The notes under the pieces were generated by a model, which ran no database searches, was not told the DNA's origin, and saw only the letters and a program-made list of their open reading frames with translations. A program made the position numbers and the translations under genes. DNA of 64,000 nucleotides. It comes from an uncultured Verrucomicrobiae bacterium. GTDB taxonomy: Bacteria > Verrucomicrobiota > Verrucomicrobiia > Chthoniobacterales > JAATET01. The DNA is taken from NCBI GenBank assembly GCA_963719495.1, contig CAVRCI010000011.1, positions 128,001 to 192,000 of the forward strand, written 5' to 3'. This document shows, one piece after another, positions 56,951-64,000 of this stretch (positions within the stretch are counted from its first letter, which is position 1; each line of letters begins with the position of its first letter).

Positions 56951-56996
56951 TCGGCAAGCCTTTTCTTTTTTGGGTCAGCCCGCTACTTCTCGCGGC

Positions 56997-57398
56997 ATGA
57001 CGGATCGCCGAAAGAAGACCGCAATGATCTATGAGCGATTGGTGGATGATCTCGAAGAGATCTCTGCGGTTCTTCAGATGTCTGGAAATGCGCTCGTCAA
57101 TGCTGGTCTTGAGTCGCTGTTCAAAGAGATGAAGTCGAAGAAGAAGCCGGAGGTTCCGGCGATAGTTCAGCTATACAGAAAAGCGACTCGAAGAGATTTA
57201 ACGGCAGCGGACAAGTTGGTCTTCGGATGGCTAGAATCTCATTTTCCGGATTGGGCGGCGAAGACTGCCGAATTCCGACGTCTAACCGTGAAAATTGCGA
57301 GTGAGTCCGAGGATCTGGACGTCAAAAAAATACAGTCTGCAGCGGACGCTGCTTGGAAAATCGTCTGCGAAAAAGAAAGGGATGGTGTCCTCAAATAA
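56997..57398 (+). CDS. Hypothetical protein, possible regulator
   Basis: Divergent from the xis-like gene; basic N-terminus with a ribbon-helix-helix-like pattern. Confidence 0.55.
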   Translation: MTDRRKKTAMIYERLVDDLEEISAVLQMSGNALVNAGLESLFKEMKSKKKPEVPAIVQLYRKATRRDLTAADKLVFGWLESHFPDWAAKTAEFRRLTVKIASESEDLDVKKIQSAADAAWKIVCEKERDGVLK

Positions 57399-60060
57399 CT
57401 TTCGTGATTGCAGTAAAATCCAGAGCACTCGGCATCACAAAAAGGCATTTGCCGCCGCTGCGGCTGGCCCAGATTGCTCCGACGGCCGCTTTATCGGCTG
57501 ACTCGGAGACGAGGTGGGAACCCTTGTATTCGACTACGAGAATTCTCCCGTCGGTGAGTTGGCAGACGAAGTCGGGGTAGAACCAGTCGGTGCTGGTTTG
57601 GAGGCGAAAGGATGAGCGTTTGCGTGAAAGGTTCCGCACCCAGAATTGCACCTCCTTCATGTCGTCGAGGTATTGGGCGCATTGGAATTCTTCGGTGAGG
57701 CTGTTGTCCGCTCGCTTCTCCTGGAGTTCACCCGGCTTGCTGCCGAAGTAATGTTTCTTGAACGCGAAGGCTCCCTCGTAGAGCCAGCCCGGTTCATAGA
57801 TGGACTCGCGGAAGTTGATCGCGGCGTCCGGCGTCACCGATAGTGCGGATTCGGGTAGCAACCAACGATCAAATGCCTGGCTCTGTTCGGCGGCTCGGTG
57901 CGTTTGGATTCGAGTTTCGATCTGGTCGCGCAGTCGGAATCGGTCGAGGGCGAGGATGCTGACTTCCGTGATCCCATGCTTCGACATCACTCCGGTGATG
58001 GCTTTTCGGAGGAACCCCGCGGCTTCTCCGGCGGGAATGTCGGTGTGACTGATTCGCTGATCGATCCAGCGGATGAGGGCTTCCATCGTCCAGTCGGTGG
58101 TTGTCCCGAGACTCAACGCGCTCTGGTGCAACTTCCCGACGAAATCCTCGGAACCTTCGGCCTCGGAGACGCTGGCTTTCACGTCGCCCGATTGGGCAAT
58201 GTCGATGGTTCCGGCTCGGCCCTTGGGACGCAGAAGCGGGTTGTAGGAATCTGGCAAGCTGGCATCTCGTTCCGATAGCCGCCACGGGTGTTCGAGGAGA
58301 ATGGACCGCTCGAACTCGAAGAAATCACCATCCTCGTTGACCGCGAGAAGCGGGACGATGAAGTCCATTTGTCGCTCGAAGGGTGACGGGGAGAGCGTCG
58401 CCGAATTCGGGTCGAAGACGCGGGCGTTTTCGCGCATGACGTTGACCGCGCGAGTGATCCGCTCCCGCGCTTCGGTCGTCGTCGCGCATTGCTCGATCTT
58501 CGTCGCTTCCGCCTCGTCGAGTGGAACGAGAATGGTCACGGCTCCCGTTTCTACGTCAAGCTTGAGCTTGCCTCCCAACGAGCTGACGGCGGCCTTCGCG
58601 CTTTCGAGATCCAATTCCGATCCTGGTTCAAGTTGGACGATTCGTGGCTGCGATCCCAGCGGGGTTTGGGTCACGGGTATGACGATCCGGTCGGCTTCGG
58701 TCTGGGTGAATCCGTTGCTGACGAGCGCATCGCGGAGTTCGGCGAGGACTTCGCCAATCGCGGCAGACAGCGAGAAGGCGTAGGCGCAGTTCAGGTCGGG
58801 ATGCGACTTGGGCCGGGCGTTGGGGAGCCGGAGGATCCGCCCGACGATTTGCTCGATGGCGGTGGCCGAACGGGTCTGTTTGAGTGAACAAAGGACGTAG
58901 GCAAACGGACAGTCCCAGCCCTCGCGGAGCTTCTCGACGGTGATGATGATCCGCACGGGCGACTTGGCGCTGGAAACATCCAGAGCGCCTTTGAGTTCAT
59001 CCTTCGTGCCGGTCGAGATGAGGATCTGTTCCTTCGGGATTCCGTGGTTCGCGGTGAGTTGTTCGCGGAGGGGTTCGCAGGCGTCGATTCGCTCGGCTTG
59101 GACGAGAAGGATAGGGCGGAGGTATTCACCGGTGGCCTGAGCCTCCGAGACTGCGAGTTGTTCGAGGTCGTTCCGTAGCGTGATGGCGTCGGCGACGAGT
59201 TCGTCGCGCTGGCTGGGGTCGCGGACGATCACCCGCAAGGGCAGCTTCACCATGTCCGCCGCCTTCAACTCGGAGGCCGAGACGTAGTGCAGGAGATTCG
59301 ACGGCGATTTTTTTCGGTCCGGGGTTGCCGTGAATTCGACGATGCAGGCCGGTAGGACGCTGGCCAGCGTGGCGAAGGAAAGAGCCGTGCGGGAGTTGTG
59401 GGCTTCGTCGACGATCACCACGGGGCGACGGAGCCGAAGCAGGTTCACGAGCGAGGGAATCGGACGGCCGTCGGGTCCGGGGAGCAATTCCGCCTCCCGC
59501 CCGGCTGGGAGGTTGAGGAGGTGCTCCAAGAATACGCCGTTCTGGGAGTAGACCTTGCGCCCGGTGGTGTCCTCGGCCCGGAAGGCTTGGATGGTCGAGA
59601 CGATGACAACGGTCTGATCCCGGCTCGTCGAAAACGGGAGTTGGAGCGCCTCCTCGATGGTCACGACTTCGACTGGCCCGCCGCACGCGGTATTGAGCGC
59701 TAGGCGGTAAGGGTGGTTCGGGTCGCGAAGGGCGTCAGCGGTCTGGGCGAGAATCGTGGTCGTGGGGACGAGCCAGAGGACGATGCCGGTGTCGGCTTGG
59801 AGAAATTCCTCGATGGCGATTCCAGCCGCGTGGCAGCCGAGCAAGGTCTTCCCTCCTCCCGTCGGGACTCGGAGACAGACGAAGGGCATCTCGGTCGAGA
59901 AGCCATCCGCTTTGACCGTGAGATACTGTTCCGGGTCGCGCCCGTTGGCCGCAACGACGTTTCGGTAGGCTTCCGCGACCGGAGTTCCTTTGCCCGCCGC
60001 GCGGAGGAAGGAACGGAGCGAATCAAGGACGCGGCCCTGGTAATCTTTTAGAGCGATCAT
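57391..60060 (-). CDS. res: Type III restriction endonuclease Res subunit
   Basis: VPTGGGKT, IVDEAH, LREGWDCP, EQIVGR.LR, C-terminal FYPDF..VVEYKG. Confidence 0.92.
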   Translation of the reverse strand: MIALKDYQGRVLDSLRSFLRAAGKGTPVAEAYRNVVAANGRDPEQYLTVKADGFSTEMPFVCLRVPTGGGKTLLGCHAAGIAIEEFLQADTGIVLWLVPTTTILAQTADALRDPNHPYRLALNTACGGPVEVVTIEEALQLPFSTSRDQTVVIVSTIQAFRAEDTTGRKVYSQNGVFLEHLLNLPAGREAELLPGPDGRPIPSLVNLLRLRRPVVIVDEAHNSRTALSFATLASVLPACIVEFTATPDRKKSPSNLLHYVSASELKAADMVKLPLRVIVRDPSQRDELVADAITLRNDLEQLAVSEAQATGEYLRPILLVQAERIDACEPLREQLTANHGIPKEQILISTGTKDELKGALDVSSAKSPVRIIITVEKLREGWDCPFAYVLCSLKQTRSATAIEQIVGRILRLPNARPKSHPDLNCAYAFSLSAAIGEVLAELRDALVSNGFTQTEADRIVIPVTQTPLGSQPRIVQLEPGSELDLESAKAAVSSLGGKLKLDVETGAVTILVPLDEAEATKIEQCATTTEARERITRAVNVMRENARVFDPNSATLSPSPFERQMDFIVPLLAVNEDGDFFEFERSILLEHPWRLSERDASLPDSYNPLLRPKGRAGTIDIAQSGDVKASVSEAEGSEDFVGKLHQSALSLGTTTDWTMEALIRWIDQRISHTDIPAGEAAGFLRKAITGVMSKHGITEVSILALDRFRLRDQIETRIQTHRAAEQSQAFDRWLLPESALSVTPDAAINFRESIYEPGWLYEGAFAFKKHYFGSKPGELQEKRADNSLTEEFQCAQYLDDMKEVQFWVRNLSRKRSSFRLQTSTDWFYPDFVCQLTDGRILVVEYKGSHLVSESADKAAVGAIWASRSGGKCLFVMPSALDFTAITKVI

Positions 60061-61676
60061 GAAGCACGAATCCCGTAGGGGGTCTGTCGGACCGTGATGC
60101 CGAGGTCGCCCAGCTTTTCGCTGCTGAGTAGATTTCCCGCGCAGAAGATCACTTTCGGGCCCTCGAACTTCGGTAGCGCGGCGAGCATCGCCCGAGTGAG
60201 GACGTTTCCGCCGTTCCGGGTCTTGTCACCCATGATGCCATTAAACAAAAGGTAGATGCCGACCCCGCGATGGGAGCCGAGGAATGGCGTATTCGGCACC
60301 CGGTCCTTGGGAAGCGGCGCGCCGGTCTCGGAGAAATAGACGTGCCGCGCGAGGTCAGCGAAGCGAACCGTTTCCCGGATTTGGCCGGTTTCGTCGAAGA
60401 GCGGCTCCCCGAGTTCGCAGTAGCGGAATCCTCCGCCAAGGCCTGGCACCTCGACGCCTTTCTGTGAAGTGTAGCCCTCCGCGACGCGCTGAACTCGTTT
60501 TGCCGTCACGTCCTTCGCAATTTTATCGTCCAACTCGACGATGATGAAACGTCGCGCGGGTTGATCGGGAATTGAGGCGTTCTTCTGGAGCACGGAGTGC
60601 GCCGTAGTTCCAGAGCCGCCAAATGAATCAAGGATGAGGTCGCCGGGATCTGAACCGATTTCAATCACTCGCTCCATCAGACTTTTGGGTTTTGGAGTGA
60701 TGAAAAGGTCCTGGGATGCTCCTGCCGACATTGCCTGACTGAGTTCCTGTTTGGCGTGCCGTGTGCTCCCGACCTCCTTCCAGAGCCAAAGTGTCTGGGG
60801 AACTACTCCTGCCCTCACCTCTGAAATGAACCGCTTAACCCCGGGGCGGTTGTCTTGGTTTTTGCCCCACCAAATCCGGTTATCTCGATCAAGCTCGCGA
60901 AATTTTTCTTCGCTCACTCGCCAGTAACTTCCCGCTGGAGGACCTTCAATCACTCTGCCCTTTGGCGTTTTGATTGAATACCGCCCTTGAGAATAGAAAT
61001 TGCGCGCTGCCAAGTCGCTCAAGAGCCATTCACCTCGCGGGTCGTTGTCGGGGTTCTTGTATCGCGCCACCATCGCCTCCGTTCTGGGAACGCGATTTGG
61101 CCTCCAGACTGCTGCGTCCCTCGCGTAGATGAGGATGTAATCGTGATCAACGCTCAGATGGACAGCAGTGTTCTTGGGACTGTCCATTTTCTGCCAGATC
61201 ACGGAGGCGATGAAGTTTTGGCGTCCGAAAATCTCATCCATCAAAAAGCGAAGAGATTGGACCTCGTTGTCGTCGATGCAGACGAAAATGGCTCCATCAC
61301 GCGTGAGGAAATCGCGGAGGAGCCGCAGCCGAGGATACATCATGCACAGCCACCGGTCATGGCGGTCGAGGGTTTCGCCTTCCTTGCCGACGACCTTCCC
61401 GAGCCATTCGCGGAGAACGGGGCTGTTGACGTTGTCGTTGTAGGCCCAACCCTCGTTGCCGGTGTTGTAGGGTGGATCGATGCAGACGCATTTCGCGCGT
61501 CCGGCGTAGTAGGGTAGCAGGGCTTTGAGGCCGACAAGGTTGTCCGCTCGAAGGATCAGATTCCCGGAATCGGGATCGCCGCACGCGAGGGATGGAACAT
61601 CTTTGAGGAGGTGAAAGGGAACCTCCCGGTGGTGATTCACCACGGCGTCCTTCCCTATCCAATTCAGCGTCGGCAT
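60057..61676 (-). CDS. mod: Type III R-M DNA methyltransferase Mod subunit
   Basis: MPTLNWIGK, IDPPYNTG, WLCMMYPRL, TPKP, LDSFGGSGTT; overlaps res start. Confidence 0.93.
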   Translation of the reverse strand: MPTLNWIGKDAVVNHHREVPFHLLKDVPSLACGDPDSGNLILRADNLVGLKALLPYYAGRAKCVCIDPPYNTGNEGWAYNDNVNSPVLREWLGKVVGKEGETLDRHDRWLCMMYPRLRLLRDFLTRDGAIFVCIDDNEVQSLRFLMDEIFGRQNFIASVIWQKMDSPKNTAVHLSVDHDYILIYARDAAVWRPNRVPRTEAMVARYKNPDNDPRGEWLLSDLAARNFYSQGRYSIKTPKGRVIEGPPAGSYWRVSEEKFRELDRDNRIWWGKNQDNRPGVKRFISEVRAGVVPQTLWLWKEVGSTRHAKQELSQAMSAGASQDLFITPKPKSLMERVIEIGSDPGDLILDSFGGSGTTAHSVLQKNASIPDQPARRFIIVELDDKIAKDVTAKRVQRVAEGYTSQKGVEVPGLGGGFRYCELGEPLFDETGQIRETVRFADLARHVYFSETGAPLPKDRVPNTPFLGSHRGVGIYLLFNGIMGDKTRNGGNVLTRAMLAALPKFEGPKVIFCAGNLLSSEKLGDLGITVRQTPYGIRAS

Positions 61677-61729
61677 TGAGCCTTCGCAAGATAGGGAGAG
61701 GAGCCGAGCGGCAAATCAAAAAATGCGGA

Positions 61730-61954
61730 TCAGTGGCCGAGCCGCTTCTTCGCCTTTTCGACGGCTTCGTCGGACCCCGTCAATTCGATCTCGGTTTTGC
61801 CACGGCGTTCGACCACGCGGGCTCGTGCGCCGGTCCCCCGGATCTTGCGGTTAACGTCCTCTCGAGCGGCCGCGAGGATGGACTTTTTGATTTCGCGGTC
61901 GAATTGGGATCGATTCGAGATCGAGTGGCCGTTGAGGGTGATGTCAAAAATCAT
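61730..61954 (-). CDS. Small hypothetical protein
   Basis: Co-oriented between the DUF2188 gene and mod; protein-like composition. Confidence 0.55.
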   Translation of the reverse strand: MIFDITLNGHSISNRSQFDREIKKSILAAAREDVNRKIRGTGARARVVERRGKTEIELTGSDEAVEKAKKRLGH

Positions 61955-62009
61955 GAGTTTTTAGAGGATGGGACCGACCGGCCAAGAGCCAATCGGTCCC
62001 GGTTCCCTT

Positions 62010-62243
62010 CTAGCCCTTGGATTTGCGAGGGTCGTTTCCGTAGCTGTATGCCTCGCGGAACTTGCCGTCTTCTCCGTGGATGCGGAGTTCGCCGTGGGTT
62101 TGCTTGGCAAGATCCCGACCCCGGTCGATGGCCTCGCGTTGAGTGCGAGTGACCGCTGAAGCGCGTTCACTGCCCTCCCGTTGGGTTTTCCATCCGCTGC
62201 CATCGGCGCGGCTGACGTGGTAATGTTTGCTAGGTGTAGCCAT
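62010..62243 (-). CDS. DUF2188 family protein
   Basis: HV....GW..REG.ERAS....TQ.EAI..GR..A.....EL.IHG.DG.FR...SYGNDP. Confidence 0.9.
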   Translation of the reverse strand: MATPSKHYHVSRADGSGWKTQREGSERASAVTRTQREAIDRGRDLAKQTHGELRIHGEDGKFREAYSYGNDPRKSKG

Positions 62244-62466
62244 GATGATGTGTCTTTTTTGAGACCACCTCGGACCTTGACGAAACGTCGGGATTTCCCG
62301 ACTGTCCCAAACAGCGATACCCATCGTGTCTGAGATTCGTCCTCCTTCGAGGTGGTTGTTTTTTTGGAGTAGAAGCCGTCCTCGTATCAGCGAAGACGGT
62401 TTCTTTTCGGTTGCTGGGTTGACTTGTAAGGTTGACAGTAGGGTTAGGCAAATCAAAAATATCAAC

Positions 62467-63552
62467 ATGATCCCCGGTGTGAGCGAAATTTTCCCCCAGC
62501 GACTTCACCAGGCCCGCGTCATGGCCAAGATGTCCCTGCGCGAGCTGTCCGCCGCGATGAACGGCTTGGTCTCCTACGCGGCGATCTCGAAGTATGAGAA
62601 AGGGGAGATGATGCCGGGTGGCGAGGTCATGGCCGGACTGTGCACCGCTTTGAAACAGCCCGCCGATTTCTTCTTCCGGGGCTATCGGGTCGAGCTGGAC
62701 GAAATCAATTTCAGGAAGCGGGTTCGGCTATCGGCCGGAGAGGAAAATTCGATTCGAGAGCGGGCTCGTGATTTTTTCGAGCGCTACGGGGAGATCGAGC
62801 AATTGCTTGGGGCTGAACTCAAATTCGAGCCTTTGGTGGCCCCGGAGTTCGACGTTTGCGATTTGGAGGGAGCCGAGAGGGCGGCGGAAAGGCTGCGTAA
62901 GGAGTGGAATCTCGGCGACGGACCATTGCTGAACGTCCATGAGCTGCTGGAGCGTCAGGGGATCAAAGTTCATGAAGCCCAAACCGATGACGAGGCCTTC
63001 GACGGATTTTCTGGCCTGGCCGGTGGGAAGCCGGTTGTGGTGATCGCGCGTTGGTTGAACCAGAACCTGCCGCGTAAGCGCATGACCGAGGTTCACGAGC
63101 TGGCGCACATCGTTTTGAGGTTTCCCGCAGGGATGCCGAAGAAGGAGCAAGAGAAGCTCGTGAGTCGGTTCGCGGGTGCCTTCATGCTTCCCGAGAGCAC
63201 CTTCCGAAAAGTATTCGGCGGCAACCGGGGGTCGGTCGCTCTGGGAGAATTGATCTCGATGAAGGCATTCTACGGGGCGTCGATCATGGCGATCATGAAA
63301 CGCGCTGAGCAGCTAGGGATGATCTCGCCGTCGGTTTACGAGCGCTTCTGGATCATCGCGAGCAAGCAGCGCTGGCGGAGCGATGGAGAACCCGGGAATG
63401 GAAAATACCTTGGAAACGAGAGCAACGGTCGTTTCCGGCAGTTGGTGTTCCGCGCTGTCGCCGAAGGGGTGATTAGCTCATCGCGGGGAGCGGGGTTTCT
63501 CCAGATCGATCTGGAGTCGTTTCGGAACGATTTTCAGCAGCTGTTCGCGTGA
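62467..63552 (+). CDS. XRE HTH fused to ImmA/IrrE metallopeptidase
   Basis: RL.QAR...MSLREL....ISKYEKG HTH; FDGFS; HELAH zinc motif; FAGAFMLP. Confidence 0.9.
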   Translation: MIPGVSEIFPQRLHQARVMAKMSLRELSAAMNGLVSYAAISKYEKGEMMPGGEVMAGLCTALKQPADFFFRGYRVELDEINFRKRVRLSAGEENSIRERARDFFERYGEIEQLLGAELKFEPLVAPEFDVCDLEGAERAAERLRKEWNLGDGPLLNVHELLERQGIKVHEAQTDDEAFDGFSGLAGGKPVVVIARWLNQNLPRKRMTEVHELAHIVLRFPAGMPKKEQEKLVSRFAGAFMLPESTFRKVFGGNRGSVALGELISMKAFYGASIMAIMKRAEQLGMISPSVYERFWIIASKQRWRSDGEPGNGKYLGNESNGRFRQLVFRAVAEGVISSSRGAGFLQIDLESFRNDFQQLFA

Positions 63553-63561
63553 TCCACTGGA

Positions 63562-64000
63562 ATGAGAGTTGTTGTCGAAGATGCCAACGTCCTCCTCGAC
63601 CTCGTGCATGGCGAGGTCTTCGCGCTGTGGCTGGGAATGGACTACGAGCACGTGACGACGCACCTAGTCTGGCAAGAGGTCAGAACGCCCGCGCAACGTG
63701 CGAAAATCCAGCCTTTGATCGAGGCCGGTAGCCTCAAGCTCCAAGATTTCGCCGCACCGGTCTGGGTGGAGATCGTCGAGTTCTCGGAAACCCATCGGGT
63801 CAGCATCGCCGACGCGTCCGTCTGGATGGTCGCGCGGTCCGAGGGAGGAATTTTGCTGTCGGGTGATTTGAAGCTACGTCGCTCCTCCTCATCGACGGGC
63901 ATTGACGTTCGTGGTGTCCTGTGGGTGTTGGATGAGTTGATCGAAGCAGGGAGGATCAACAAAAAGGAAGGGCTGGCTGCGATGGAACGGATGATCGAGC
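63562..64000 (+). CDS. PIN-domain protein, truncated by the window end
   Basis: Hand translation: MRVVVEDANVLLDL...VWQEV...SIADAS...LLSGD.KLRR....V.GVLWVLD. Confidence 0.82.
   Translation, partial: MRVVVEDANVLLDLVHGEVFALWLGMDYEHVTTHLVWQEVRTPAQRAKIQPLIEAGSLKLQDFAAPVWVEIVEFSETHRVSIADASVWMVARSEGGILLSGDLKLRRSSSSTGIDVRGVLWVLDELIEAGRINKKEGLAAMERMIE

Larger units (their letters stand above)
52590..64000. mobile_element. tRNA-Lys-integrated mobilisable island, continuing beyond the window
   Basis: Compositional shift after the tRNA; relaxase, oriT, primase, xis-like gene, R-M cargo; no integrase within the window. Confidence 0.8.

Noticed and set aside
60057..61676. Phase-variable simple sequence repeat in mod
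   Set aside because: No homopolymer or short tandem tract seen in or before the coding sequence

Overview
High-GC bacterial chromosome segment, most likely Verrucomicrobiota (Verru_Chthon-type pilin cassette, PEP-CTERM protein, TIGR03790, DUF2851). 1-9.6 kb: exported sugar-oxidation cluster (two Tat Gfo/Idh/MocA enzymes, ThuA, DUF1080, DoxX, MFS, ApbE, GT-C-like protein). 9.6-19.5 kb: pilin-like cassette plus secreted glycan-active proteins. 19.6-52.4 kb: housekeeping genes (bioB, rpiB, MBL-nuclease/ATP-ligase fusion, ars genes, S1/P1 nuclease, tyrS, creBC and a creD-like gene). This part also holds two different REP-associated HUH/Y1 transposases (RAYT) and at least three repeat families. 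These include REPs inserted in frame in genes, a RAYT bounded by inverted repeats that occur as 41-bp tandem arrays, a 281-bp tandem REPIN array and a perfect 46-bp palindrome. From tRNA-Lys(CTT) at 52.5 kb to the end is a lower-GC integrated mobilisable element: att-arm-like repeats, MOBQ oriT, a relaxase-primase frameshifted by a 17-bp duplication with an overlapping internal ORF, type III R-M, DUF2188, HTH-ImmA/IrrE and a truncated PIN gene. All family calls come from motif recognition by eye; no searches were run.
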